Shown here: one piece after another, positions 9,604-19,409 of the stretch
How positions within the stretch are numbered: position 1 is the stretch's first letter
Layout: each line of letters begins with the position of its first letter
DNA from: a virus
Taxonomy: Duplodnaviria > Caudoviricetes
DNA length: 31,766 nucleotides
IMG/VR virus record: IMGVR_UViG_3300007540_000052
Coordinates: 1-31,766 of that record
Strand: one strand, 5' to 3'
The notes under the pieces: generated by a model
Database searches by the model: none
The model's input: the letters and a program-made list of their open reading frames with translations, nothing else
Told to the model about the DNA's origin: nothing
Position numbers and translations under genes: made by a program

Positions 9604-12451
9604 CGTCTAGTTCCGATACAACTAAACCATCCATATCAATAAACCCGGGGTTGGAGCAGTCAAACTGCAGGGTGTGCACCGCAGGGGATGTAATCTTCAT
9701 ACCCTTAGACATACGCTTGTTGGGGCTACCAACAATAAACCCACGATTTTTTAACTCCCGTAAGGCATCTTTGTAATTTATCTGACGCTCTACGCAGTCG
9801 GACTTGAACCTACTGGTAACTAAAAACATCTGCTTAGTGTCAGGCTCATAACGTATAAGCAGTTCCCCACGAGGCTCAAGAGTCGGCATAGATGCTACGG
9901 TGCTACGCTTGTCAATGTCTGCTTTTACTACAAGGATGTTTTGCATGTGGCGATTAATGTAGTCACCGATTACTACTGTTGCATCTTCCGCAGGGGTTCT
10001 AATTTCTTCCCTCATACCCTGAATGGTCTTGCAACAAAATGCGTACACAGCCTTCATGTCATAAGAAGCTAAATCTAACTTGTTAGCAATTAACCCCCCA
10101 GTAATATTACATGCAGCAACCGCTGACCAAAACCGCTCAGGAGGAGTAAGTTTAAGCTCTTGGTCGATCTTAGCTTGGATATGCATTACTGTTTCAATCG
10201 CTTGTTCTGTATTGCTCACCAACCATTTAATGTAGATCTCACCTGCATGACCGTAGTTTTCCTTGAGCTGTCTATCAAAAAAACGTTTACCGTCTTCTGT
10301 AGAAATAAGGTTGTTAGGGGCAATCTCGTACTCAAACAGACGTAGCATCTCTGCATTACCCCCAGCCTTTGCACTAGCCAGCTTTTCGTAGAACGATGCG
10401 TTAGCACTAGCGAGTGACATAGTTTGCCAAGTAGTTGAGTTGTCACGTAGTCTATTGCTTGAACCCTCCATACGATCACGTCCACGACCTTGAGACATAC
10501 TATAAGCTAACGACGAAAATTCTTCAGGAGTCATATTCGTTATTTCGTCAACAGTGCAAGGTAAGTTATTCATTACCCCCAACCTTTGCATCTTAGCCAT
10601 TCTTGTATCGTCCCAGTTAGAACCTAAAGCCTCTGGATGTCCATATACGCTATTACACATAAACAATGTAGTGGACTTACCTGTACCGCCCAACTTATAG
10701 ATCACATTAATAATCGCTCCTTTAAGCCCAGTAAACTTAAATAAAGGTGCACCAAAGGCAGTTAATGCAGCAAATGCATGGGCTTCCATACCGGGCTTGG
10801 AGTACAGATTAAATACTTCTTTCCACTTAGCAAAGTCCCCAACAGGGCCAACGTACTGTGATATTGCTTTAGTAACAGATGATGGAGGACTCCCAAATAT
10901 ACCTTCCTTGCTAATTTCTTTATCCCCAAGTATAAACTTAGTGTTGTTCTCTACCCAACCAAATTGAGTTCTCATGATTTCTACCTTCTTAGAATACTGT
11001 AAATTTTTAACGAACAAGTTAACAAATGTGGCTAGATGATTCATCTGTACGGGAGTACCTGCCACACCATTTTTAGCTAATACTTTGCGTAACTCTTCTT
11101 TAACAGCTACGATAGCTTGTGGTACTACAAATTCAACAACACCGTCCATAGGTAAATGCAGTCTAAGTAAATTGACATGCCCTAAGTCTGGGTCGTGCAT
11201 ACGTTTAACTACGTATATAGCATGTTCGTATACGCAGTATGGTTCGGCTTCTTCTCCGTTGGGCGGTAAATACACTGCACCGTTAGGACCTTTTTGGTAA
11301 GGTTTTGGGTACGCAGGTATCTTATATTCCGGTGCAGCATCATCAACAATGTTTAAGTCATCCTCCTCCGGAACCTCTACTTCTACCTCGTATGCTTCTT
11401 GCTCTTCTTCAACTACTTCCTTACTCAGAGCAATCGGTCCGGGTATCTTTCCTTGCCACTTACAACCCTTACATCCACCGGGATTATGTTTTTCAAATGT
11501 TGCGCAACGATGTGGTCCTGCTTCTGCTCCCCCCTGTGTAGCTTTACGTTCTGTTGCAATTGGTTCATAGTCAGGATGTTGGCTAGACATCATGTGAATA
11601 GCTTTGTCCCTGTCTACGCACTGGTTAGCTACAGTTAGTGACGACCACCAGAGTGGCTCAGGTATATCTGCTTGGTTTGCAAATGCGTGGTTAAGTTGTT
11701 GGCATCCATTCTCTCCAAGAATCATAATGTTCTTAAACTTCTGAATGGTGTTACCTGCAAGTGATTGCGTTAAAGCGTTAAGTCCTGTTTCTTTTATTAG
11801 TGGTACGGTGTTAAAAATTGATAATGCGGGTGTATCTTTTACCCCAAGCAGTTTAACGAAGGCATCAAATTCAATTGGTTGCCCAACAGTCAATACAGAT
11901 ACTTCACTAGCTGGGTTATCCTTAAAGTTAAGAGTGTTAGGTATGCGTAAAATTCTAGCAACCTCAAATACATTTGCATCAACTAAAAAGTTATGTATCT
12001 TACAAAGTTCATTTACCCTAGCCGCAACAGGCTCCCATTGCTTTCTGTCTACTGGCTCTGTAAAAGCCCAATACACATGCAAACCACGCCCCGAGTTGAC
12101 GATGATTGGTTTAGGTAGCCCAATCAGTTTGCAGAATTCTTGTAGTTTAGTAAGACCTTCAGATTGAGTTGCATACCCTGAACCGTCTGCTGCCTTGGCT
12201 TCCCCACAATCAATATCCAACCACATACTTTTAAGTGCTAATACGTTAGCCTTAGTACGTGACTTATCTGTTGCGTACTTAGCGCATCCAAAAAATACAT
12301 TGCGCTCTTCTTGCATAAACTTCTGTGCGATATCATCAAGTTCTTGTCGTGTTTGTACTAACTCCTGTCTAATGGATTTACCTTTAATGCCAACTACAGC
12401 GAACCACCCATTGTCAGGCAGTACAGCGTCGAGGAGGTCAAAATTATCCAT
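9578..12451 (-). CDS. Primase-helicase: N-terminal AEP/RepB-like primase, Cys cluster, DUF927 + P-loop helicase
   Basis: AEP motifs WLDIDC, NSGRGLHVYW and RILRIP; Cys cluster CATFEKHNPGGCKGC; Walker A GGTGKST and Walker B VDEIT. Confidence 0.85.
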   Translation of the reverse strand: MDNFDLLDAVLPDNGWFAVVGIKGKSIRQELVQTRQELDDIAQKFMQEERNVFFGCAKYATDKSRTKANVLALKSMWLDIDCGEAKAADGSGYATQSEGLTKLQEFCKLIGLPKPIIVNSGRGLHVYWAFTEPVDRKQWEPVAARVNELCKIHNFLVDANVFEVARILRIPNTLNFKDNPASEVSVLTVGQPIEFDAFVKLLGVKDTPALSIFNTVPLIKETGLNALTQSLAGNTIQKFKNIMILGENGCQQLNHAFANQADIPEPLWWSSLTVANQCVDRDKAIHMMSSQHPDYEPIATERKATQGGAEAGPHRCATFEKHNPGGCKGCKWQGKIPGPIALSKEVVEEEQEAYEVEVEVPEEDDLNIVDDAAPEYKIPAYPKPYQKGPNGAVYLPPNGEEAEPYCVYEHAIYVVKRMHDPDLGHVNLLRLHLPMDGVVEFVVPQAIVAVKEELRKVLAKNGVAGTPVQMNHLATFVNLFVKNLQYSKKVEIMRTQFGWVENNTKFILGDKEISKEGIFGSPPSSVTKAISQYVGPVGDFAKWKEVFNLYSKPGMEAHAFAALTAFGAPLFKFTGLKGAIINVIYKLGGTGKSTTLFMCNSVYGHPEALGSNWDDTRMAKMQRLGVMNNLPCTVDEITNMTPEEFSSLAYSMSQGRGRDRMEGSSNRLRDNSTTWQTMSLASANASFYEKLASAKAGGNAEMLRLFEYEIAPNNLISTEDGKRFFDRQLKENYGHAGEIYIKWLVSNTEQAIETVMHIQAKIDQELKLTPPERFWSAVAACNITGGLIANKLDLASYDMKAVYAFCCKTIQGMREEIRTPAEDATVVIGDYINRHMQNILVVKADIDKRSTVASMPTLEPRGELLIRYEPDTKQMFLVTSRFKSDCVERQINYKDALRELKNRGFIVGSPNKRMSKGMKITSPAVHTLQFDCSNPGFIDMDGLVVSELDDENRNTDV

Positions 12452-12477
12452 CTGTTTATTCCAGAGACGAGTAGGCT

Positions 12478-12491
12478 GGGGGCAAGCCCCC
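12478..12491 (-). promoter_or_regulatory. GC hairpin with CUUG tetraloop upstream of the primase-helicase
   Basis: The - strand reads GGGGG-CTTG-CCCCC in the intergenic gap, with no U-tract. Confidence 0.45.
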
Positions 12492-12509
12492 TACAGTCCA
12501 TACCCAGTG

Positions 12510-12740
12510 TTATTTAAGTTTCTTTAGAAACTCTGTGATTGCGGAAGCATATTGCGCTTGGGGTAAGTGCTGCCCAACAAACCAGTTGTATATCGTCATG
12601 CGACTAACACCAAACTGCGATGAAATATACGTTACTGGAATGTTGCGGGCTATGCACTTCCTACCAAGAGCTACGCCAAGATGACTACGATCTGCCTTCT
12701 TGTTCCGTTCAACAAGCATTGAACTGTATCCATAGCTCAT
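12510..12740 (-). CDS. Helix-turn-helix DNA-binding protein (XRE/Cro-like)
   Basis: VTYISSQFGVSRMTIYNWFVG matches an HTH signature. Confidence 0.75.
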   Translation of the reverse strand: MSYGYSSMLVERNKKADRSHLGVALGRKCIARNIPVTYISSQFGVSRMTIYNWFVGQHLPQAQYASAITEFLKKLK

Positions 12741-12746
12741 AATTGT

Positions 12747-13637
12747 TTACGCATCGCTCCATGCATTGATTACAGACGCCAAGTCTGATTTGCCCGCAGG
12801 TGCAGGGGTGTCTGCTTTCTTACTTGCACGTTTAACTGGCTCGTCAATCGCCTCTTCTTCTGCCACAAATGCAGCTTCAACTAATGGCGTACCTTCTAAT
12901 ACTAGAGGTTTTCTTACTCCATCTGCTTGAGCAACGGTCATAGTGATTGCATTCTTGGCTTCTATTGATTCCCCAGCCTTCTTTGCAATTTCCCATTCTT
13001 CCTGATTGATATGACGTAATGGAGAGAAAAGTAGCTTAGCGGTATCGCTATCCAAGTCCATACTTATCTGAGTGATAATCTGGTCGATGTTACGCCCGTT
13101 ACCTGCTATGTATTTTGTGTAGCTTTCAAACGGGTGTAAGTTACCTTCACCCTTACCAAAAATTGTGGTAGCTGGAAGTGCTATTTGGTATACGTCACCA
13201 GAGGTATCACCCTCTAACACAACTGCAATGCGACGTTGATAACGGCAAGCACGACTATTACCATCACCAGATCCTGCAATATTTTGTGGGCATGTTGCAC
13301 AAGAAGTACTTTGCTTATCCTTTACGCCCGCATCAGGTGCATCACCATCATTTGCCCAGCAGGTTGGAGGTACGATTTCATCGGGGTTGTATTTTCCTGC
13401 GTAGTAAACTCTTGATACGTTCTTACGTGCGTTAACAATAATTACGTTCAGTACACGATCAGTTAACTTACCTACTTCCTTACCACCAACTTGTTTACGA
13501 AAGACGCCACCACGAATAGAAATACGCTTAGCACCTGAATTTATATTGCCTGCTAAAGATTTAGTAAGATCGTTAAGACCTTCAGCACCACGCAAAAACT
13601 CGGGTACTTCTTGCGAGAAAATTGATACGTTACTCAT
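12747..13637 (-). CDS. Putative ssDNA-binding/annealing protein
   Basis: 296 aa with a beta-rich core, CATC and SRAC motifs and an acidic low-complexity C-terminal region, located in the replication module. Confidence 0.5.
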   Translation of the reverse strand: MSNVSIFSQEVPEFLRGAEGLNDLTKSLAGNINSGAKRISIRGGVFRKQVGGKEVGKLTDRVLNVIIVNARKNVSRVYYAGKYNPDEIVPPTCWANDGDAPDAGVKDKQSTSCATCPQNIAGSGDGNSRACRYQRRIAVVLEGDTSGDVYQIALPATTIFGKGEGNLHPFESYTKYIAGNGRNIDQIITQISMDLDSDTAKLLFSPLRHINQEEWEIAKKAGESIEAKNAITMTVAQADGVRKPLVLEGTPLVEAAFVAEEEAIDEPVKRASKKADTPAPAGKSDLASVINAWSDA

Positions 13638-13657
13638 TGTTACTTCTCCTGAAAAAT

Positions 13658-14062
13658 TTAACTTCTTTTAACTACGATTGTGTATTTGCTCTCTGACCAC
13701 AAACCCGGGGGTAGTAGTTCAGGATGCTCTTCTAAGAACTGCTTCATATTGCTTTGGTTTAACCGCTGTTGTAGTAGTCCAAACGCATCGTGCTCTTTAA
13801 TGAACTCGAACATCGAACCCCAATCATTTGTGTTGAAATTAGTTGTAACCCTACGAATGATTGTCCCGTGCCCCGTGCGCATACTAGACACATCTAAACC
13901 TTTACATATATCTAGTAGCTCTTTTGATATAGCGTCTAGCTGTTCGTTGAATGATGCAATTTCTTGTTTATGCCTTTCAGCCGCCGCTTCTTTTGCATCA
14001 CGTATCTTGATGTATATCCTTGCCAATTCTTCGGCGGATACTTTGCCTTCTTTTGTTTCCAT
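13658..14062 (-). CDS. Conserved phage replication-module protein (coiled-coil N-terminus)
   Basis: 134 aa with an AGGAG SD, downstream of a consensus promoter. Confidence 0.7.
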   Translation of the reverse strand: METKEGKVSAEELARIYIKIRDAKEAAAERHKQEIASFNEQLDAISKELLDICKGLDVSSMRTGHGTIIRRVTTNFNTNDWGSMFEFIKEHDAFGLLQQRLNQSNMKQFLEEHPELLPPGLWSESKYTIVVKRS

Positions 14063-14087
14063 TACTTTCTCCTAGCGTGGAATTATT

Positions 14088-14115
14088 ATTATATCTATGT
14101 TTTGTACTTTGTCAA
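14088..14115 (-). promoter_or_regulatory. Sigma70 promoter TTGACA-16-TATAAT
   Basis: Perfect -35 (14110-14115) and -10 (14088-14093) on the - strand. Confidence 0.8.
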
Positions 14116-15485
14116 GAAACCTCTTCAATTTCCTGTCGATATAAATCAATTATTTTTACGTGTTCTCCTATCTTACTGTTAAGCATGTTGTATACCCTAG
14201 CTTCTACTTCGCTACCTGCTATATGCACAATATTCATAGAGTTCTTTTGCCCCGGTCTATTGATACGTGCATTAGCTTGAAGATATGTTTCAACTGAAGT
14301 CACAGGTGCATACCAAATAATAGTGTTAGCTGCGGTTAGTGTAAGACCGTGTGATGCTGCCTGAGGTTGTATGATAAGAACCTTTACGTTATCTGTCTTT
14401 TGAAAATCATCAACAATGCTACTACGACGATTAACAGGAACCTTCCCATTGATAACTTCGCAAGGTATACGATGCTTAATCAAATAAGTTTTAAGTAGCT
14501 CAATCGTATGCGTAAAAGGTACAAACACTAGCACTTTATGACTAGCTTCCTGAATTACCTCAAGCACTACCTGTAGCCTATTGGATACATCAAACTCTAG
14601 TACCTCTTTGTTGTCTGTGTAGACTGCACCTCCAGAAATTTGTAGTAGCTTATTTAGGTTAGTAGCCGCGTTAGCCGAACTAATTTCTTCCCCTGCGGCT
14701 TTCATAATCATGTCGTTCTTAAGTGCCTTGTAATACTTGGCTTGCTGTGGCGTTAGTGGTGCATCGCGTTTAACATCTGTGACATCAGGCAAGTCAAGGC
14801 ATTGAGCTCTTTCAAACCGTATCGCTGGTTGTAATGCTGCATGTACTACGGCTTGTGCATTAGGTTTAGGAACCCATCTGAACATACCTACCTTGTACAT
14901 AACTTGATCTCTAAACTGCCCATAAAACTGAGCTATACCTTTGGCGTTAACAAGCTTAGCTAGACCAAATGCATCTACTGGAGATTGTGCTGCTGGAGTA
15001 CCAGTAAGCATCCACAGGCCCCGTATAGTTTTGTTCAGGTCACGTAATACTTTCCACCGCTCAGTTGTAGGGTTCTTATACGCCGATGCCTCATCTATAA
15101 CGATTAAGTCAAACCCACCATTCTTAATATCCTCCTTAACAATAGATAGTCCATCAAAATTAATAATCACAAACTCTGCATCACCACTAACAATTTCAGC
15201 GCGTTTCTTTTTGCTTCCATAAGCGATGTCACAAGTGCGGTGCATAGCAAATTTAAATAGGTCGTTCTGCCATGCTGATTTCATAATTGATAGGGGGCAC
15301 ACCACTAACACCCTACGCACTGCTTTAATATTCATAAGGTAGTCAGCTGCCCATATAACAGATGCAGTCTTGCCAGTACCTTGCTCGTTGAAGCAAAATG
15401 CTTTTGGTCTTTCCGATAAAAATTCTGCTGTTACTTTTTGGTGTGCGAATGGTTTAAATTGTCCGGGCCAATTGTAGTCTTTCAT
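14112..15485 (-). CDS. SNF2-family (SF2) helicase
   Basis: Motif I EQGTGKT, motif II VIDEAS, motif III LTGTP, motif VI QANARINRPGQ. Confidence 0.9.
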   Translation of the reverse strand: MKDYNWPGQFKPFAHQKVTAEFLSERPKAFCFNEQGTGKTASVIWAADYLMNIKAVRRVLVVCPLSIMKSAWQNDLFKFAMHRTCDIAYGSKKKRAEIVSGDAEFVIINFDGLSIVKEDIKNGGFDLIVIDEASAYKNPTTERWKVLRDLNKTIRGLWMLTGTPAAQSPVDAFGLAKLVNAKGIAQFYGQFRDQVMYKVGMFRWVPKPNAQAVVHAALQPAIRFERAQCLDLPDVTDVKRDAPLTPQQAKYYKALKNDMIMKAAGEEISSANAATNLNKLLQISGGAVYTDNKEVLEFDVSNRLQVVLEVIQEASHKVLVFVPFTHTIELLKTYLIKHRIPCEVINGKVPVNRRSSIVDDFQKTDNVKVLIIQPQAASHGLTLTAANTIIWYAPVTSVETYLQANARINRPGQKNSMNIVHIAGSEVEARVYNMLNSKIGEHVKIIDLYRQEIEEVS

Positions 15486-15778
15486 TTCTTTTTACGTTCT
15501 CGGGTGCTAACTTCTGATACAAGGTTACGTTTAGAATCTCTTTTAAACGAACGGTTCTTACCCGCGTCTTCCACACGTAAGCCATCAGTGATTGAACCTC
15601 CTTTATCAATAGCTTTAACATGAGCTACATCCTTACCATCTCCTTTGCTAACCTTACCCGCTTTTGTTAACTTTGCTCGTGCTTTGTTACGTTCAGCACG
15701 TTTCTTTATCTGATCAGGTTTGCCTTGATATTCGGCATACTCTTTGTCGTAAGGGCGGGGTTTGTTTACGTACGGCAT
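15482..15778 (-). CDS. HNH-like endonuclease (start revised to MPYVNK)
   Basis: KDVAHVKAIDKGGS...KNRS resembles the compact phage HNH pattern. An AAGGA SD precedes the ATG at 15778. Confidence 0.6.
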   Translation of the reverse strand: MPYVNKPRPYDKEYAEYQGKPDQIKKRAERNKARAKLTKAGKVSKGDGKDVAHVKAIDKGGSITDGLRVEDAGKNRSFKRDSKRNLVSEVSTRERKKK

Positions 15779-15779
15779 A

Positions 15780-16451
15780 TCATTTCCTTTTTCTATGGTG
15801 TACACAAGTACTAACAGGACAAAAACCACATAGCGGTCCTGAGATCGGGTTCCAAACTTTATTGTCCAACGCTGCTTCTAACCGTTCAAGTTCGGGCTTC
15901 ATTACCTCAAGGTACGATGTTGTTAGAGTGTGCACATGATCTTTCTTAACAAAGTCCTTGCTTACTACAAATGCTAATGCTGATTTAATTTTACGTACTT
16001 TGGGGTAATGCAGGAACACAGCTGCGGCTAATAAATCTAACTGCTTAAGGTCTGCGTACTTTGCATTTTTGCTTGTCTTGTAATCTACTAACCATGCTAA
16101 CTCTCCATCTATGATTACCAAGTCAGCGATACCGTGCCACCAATAGTCAGGCGCATCAAATGCACATGCTTTAAACTCCCCATCACGAACCGCTATACCT
16201 AACTCAATCTCGCAATACTTCTCTCCCGGTATCGTAATAAGTGCATCAAGTATGGGCTGCATGTATTTAAATTTCTCTGGTATGGGCGTACCATCGCGTA
16301 CATAGTCCTCCGCTGCTTTATGTACAAGCTTACCGTAGTTGGCGGCTTCTCCTGCCTGATCAACAATATCCTTGGCTACCTTTAAGTGGTAGTATTTTTT
16401 AGGGCATTGCTGAAAAGTCTTTAGGCTACTGTACGACCATTGTGCTTTCAT
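15780..16451 (-). CDS. PD-(D/E)XK Cas4-like exonuclease
   Basis: SYSSL..CP, GIADL and VDYKT motifs; C-terminal CGFCPVSTC gives a four-Cys Fe-S-type arrangement. Confidence 0.85.
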   Translation of the reverse strand: MKAQWSYSSLKTFQQCPKKYYHLKVAKDIVDQAGEAANYGKLVHKAAEDYVRDGTPIPEKFKYMQPILDALITIPGEKYCEIELGIAVRDGEFKACAFDAPDYWWHGIADLVIIDGELAWLVDYKTSKNAKYADLKQLDLLAAAVFLHYPKVRKIKSALAFVVSKDFVKKDHVHTLTTSYLEVMKPELERLEAALDNKVWNPISGPLCGFCPVSTCVHHRKRK

Positions 16452-16723
16452 TTTTCATTTACCTCAGATACTTCAATTAACTTCTGTAAGTAGTGCTTAG
16501 CTTTATGTAAATCTTGTACACCGTTCTTTAACTTCCACCTACTTACGTACTTAATAATGTTACCTTCTAAATACCCAAGATCATTTGACAAGATGTAATC
16601 CCAAGGCTGTATAGCTTTATTTTTATAGTGATCCCCTCCAATCTGCCCACTATTTGCATCTTTATCCATACGTTGTCTAGTATCCTCAATCAGTTCATTC
16701 AATGTCTTTAGTGGGGGGTACAT
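16448..16723 (-). CDS. DUF3310 family protein (putative nucleotide kinase)
   Basis: GGDHYK...GNIIKYVSRW..KNGVQDLHKAKHYL signature. Confidence 0.85.
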   Translation of the reverse strand: MYPPLKTLNELIEDTRQRMDKDANSGQIGGDHYKNKAIQPWDYILSNDLGYLEGNIIKYVSRWKLKNGVQDLHKAKHYLQKLIEVSEVNEK

Positions 16724-16934
16724 TACTACCTCTCTTATGTTTAGGTTTAATAGAAGCTATACCTACTTCTTCCGCTTCAGCTTCTGGTTCTGCATACTTT
16801 GCTTCAATCATAGCTTCCGCAAGTTCATACGCCATTTTTGCCAGACGGTTGCGGTTATACCCCACTGATGCCTTAGATAGAATTCCTTGCATCGCAAGTC
16901 CTGCAAACAAGTCCCGCAAGTCTTCGTCATTCAT
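16695..16934 (-). CDS. Hypothetical phage protein (LRDxFAGxAMQG family)
   Basis: LRDLFAGLAMQG...AYELAEAMIEA motif; ATGA coupling with the upstream ORF. Confidence 0.7.
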   Translation of the reverse strand: MNDEDLRDLFAGLAMQGILSKASVGYNRNRLAKMAYELAEAMIEAKYAEPEAEAEEVGIASIKPKHKRGSNVPPTKDIE

Positions 16935-17245
16935 AGACTACCCTGTTTTTTTGAGTACTCTAGATCAAACAACTTTTGTAGCCCCGGCAATAACTCTTTT
17001 AATAATTGATTTCTTTTTATCCCTGAGGGCTTAGGTGCAATGTCATAAGCAGTTAAGATTCGCTTCATTACCTCATTAGTAAAAATATTTGGGTTAGGTA
17101 TTCGTTTAAAGGGGTTAGCTAAATCTACTTGATGTGTAAATAGCAAAACAGTCCACCTGTTGCCTCCTTCTTCTGTTAGTGTAAATTCTTCGGGGTTAGT
17201 TTCCCTACGTGCTAATAACAATTTTACTCCCTTGTTCATCAACAT
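16931..17245 (-). CDS. Hypothetical protein, paralog of 19065..19409
   Basis: GVKLLLARRETNPEEF here versus GVKILLQRMETHPEEF in the paralog. Confidence 0.7.
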   Translation of the reverse strand: MLMNKGVKLLLARRETNPEEFTLTEEGGNRWTVLLFTHQVDLANPFKRIPNPNIFTNEVMKRILTAYDIAPKPSGIKRNQLLKELLPGLQKLFDLEYSKKQGSL

Positions 17246-19068
17246 TCTCCATATGAACGCCCGTAACCGCTCTCACAGTTAAGGGGTAAATCTGACGCCC
17301 ACAACGGGCGTGCTCGCATACATTTTTCTACATACTCTTGTGCTATTTTAACCTCATCAGCAGGGGCTACGATAGCAATAGCATCATGCACCGTCATAAC
17401 AACTCTATACTTCTTAGCTATCTGTAACATCTGCTCACCTATGATGATACGTGCTAAACCTTGGCAGAGATTCTCTACTACTTTACCACCGTATATCTTG
17501 TTAGGTATGATTGCTTTACCTCGTTTAGTATCGTACACGTACTGCTCAGTACCATCTTGTTCGTTAACTTGTTTACGTAAATTGGGGTACTTTATATATA
17601 ACCCATTAGGCATACGAATACCTTTCCCCCCATCTACAACTACCACATCTAAACGACCTAAGTCGCTTGTTTTGTCATCTGCAATTGCGTTAAGTGCACG
17701 ACCTGCTTGTCGCCATAGCTTCGGTATCTCGGAGTACGTTTCCCTGTACACTTGTATGATACGTGCCGCTTCATCTGCCTCTACTGTTACGCCAAAGGTC
17801 TTAAGTTGGGCTTGAAACTTAACCGCACCCATACCGTACCCTGCACCTAAAATTGTCACCTTGCCTACAAACCTCTGTTCCTTAGTTACTTCTTCTTCTA
17901 GCACTCCGTATATGTTTGCCGCCATGATTTTGTATACGTCTTCACCATTTTCAAATGCCGTAACTAAATCATCTTGCCCAGCTAACCAAGCTACAGTACG
18001 TGCTTCAATCTGTGATGAATCTGAATCGACCATCATAAAACCATCAGGTGCAAGTATGGCTTCCTTTAACAACGACCCACGTTTAAGGTTCTGCAAGTTG
18101 ATCTTATCGTCACCACCCCAACGCCCAGTATGTGCAGCGTAATACCTCAAGGGGATAGGTAACTTACCTCGCTTGTGTATATCAATAAACCTCTGTGTCC
18201 TTGTCTCTTCTTGCGTAGACTTAAGCCCTAACCTAGCAGCTACTAATACTTGTACTAATGGGTTATCGTGCTCCGCTAGTTCTTTAAACCCCTCATCAGT
18301 TTTAGAAAACGCCCATGCTTCCTTACCAGTAATATTGCTAATCTTACGTGGGGGCTCAACACCTATTGCAACAAGTAACTCAGCAAACTTATTGTTACTC
18401 ATCAACTCACTGCGGTCTTGCATATTGACGGTAGTCAGTAGGTTCGCCTTTATGTTTTGTTGCTCTGATAAGTGTGACTCTAAAATCTTCGGTTCTAACT
18501 CTAGCACTGGTTCACTGTACATGCGTATGGTTAAATCAATCAACCTTAACTCTGATTGTGGAAACCCGGGGGACATACAATTAAACAACTTATATGTTAG
18601 CTCCGCATCATTTTCACAGTACCCACCATATGCATCTAAGTCTTCAGTAGTGAAGTCTAGCCTACCTTTACCTAGTGCTCTAAGAACTTCTGTGCCTTTC
18701 TGCCCAAGCCCATAATGCTCCGTAAGTTTAGCAAGGCTTCCACCAACTTCAGTACTGTGAATAGCACGAGCCATACAAAGTGTATCAAGCCAACCACGAG
18801 GGGTAATCCCGAAATGCCAACTAAGAATTGCGGCATCAAACATAGCGTTGTGGGCAAGTGCGAGGTTGTCTTCAAAAGCAAACCCCTCAAGGAACTTCTT
18901 AATCTCCGCATCAGGACCTGAAAACCATTCTGCTTTATCATCATTAACCTTTACTGCTACACCAATAACTTCAAATTGTTTCCCTCTTACATACTCCTCC
19001 GTTGTCATCTTCGACAGGCTGTAAGTCTGTGAGTAGTACGTTTCAAAATCTAATGTAATTATGTTCAT
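17239..19068 (-). CDS. polA: Family A DNA polymerase with 3'-5' exonuclease
   Basis: ExoI LDFET, ExoII HNAMFD, ExoIII YCENDA; motif A DSSQIEAR, motif B RFVGKVTILGAGYG, motif C VHDA. Confidence 0.92.
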   Translation of the reverse strand: MNIITLDFETYYSQTYSLSKMTTEEYVRGKQFEVIGVAVKVNDDKAEWFSGPDAEIKKFLEGFAFEDNLALAHNAMFDAAILSWHFGITPRGWLDTLCMARAIHSTEVGGSLAKLTEHYGLGQKGTEVLRALGKGRLDFTTEDLDAYGGYCENDAELTYKLFNCMSPGFPQSELRLIDLTIRMYSEPVLELEPKILESHLSEQQNIKANLLTTVNMQDRSELMSNNKFAELLVAIGVEPPRKISNITGKEAWAFSKTDEGFKELAEHDNPLVQVLVAARLGLKSTQEETRTQRFIDIHKRGKLPIPLRYYAAHTGRWGGDDKINLQNLKRGSLLKEAILAPDGFMMVDSDSSQIEARTVAWLAGQDDLVTAFENGEDVYKIMAANIYGVLEEEVTKEQRFVGKVTILGAGYGMGAVKFQAQLKTFGVTVEADEAARIIQVYRETYSEIPKLWRQAGRALNAIADDKTSDLGRLDVVVVDGGKGIRMPNGLYIKYPNLRKQVNEQDGTEQYVYDTKRGKAIIPNKIYGGKVVENLCQGLARIIIGEQMLQIAKKYRVVMTVHDAIAIVAPADEVKIAQEYVEKCMRARPLWASDLPLNCESGYGRSYGEC

Positions 19069-19409
19069 ATGGTTGCTGCCACTTTAGTGTCGTACAAACT
19101 TCTAGGGCTGCTTATGTACGATGATAGTTTTTTATCTAGAATATTACGCATAACATAGTCGTCAAACATTTTTCTCCTAACCTTTTTATACCCCTCAAAC
19201 AGTGCATCTGCTTCAGCATCGGTAAGAAAAAATATACCCTCTTGCATTGTTTGGGGGTTAAGTTTTGTGGCTACTACTGAACTGATTAACGAATGCCAAA
19301 TTGTTGGAGATATGATTGTACGTGAAGCAGTGTCTGAGTAAAATTCTTCGGGGTGAGTCTCCATACGCTGTAGTAATATTTTTACTCCCGTACTAAACTC
19401 TTCTTTCAT
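19065..19409 (-). CDS. Hypothetical protein, paralog of 16931..17245
   Basis: Shares the N-terminal motif with its paralog and has ATGA overlaps on both sides. Confidence 0.7.
   Translation of the reverse strand: MKEEFSTGVKILLQRMETHPEEFYSDTASRTIISPTIWHSLISSVVATKLNPQTMQEGIFFLTDAEADALFEGYKKVRRKMFDDYVMRNILDKKLSSYISSPRSLYDTKVAATI

Noticed and set aside
15482-15778. HNH gene as a mobile intron/homing element
   Set aside because: It is free-standing and coupled to its neighbours, and neither the helicase nor the exonuclease is interrupted.
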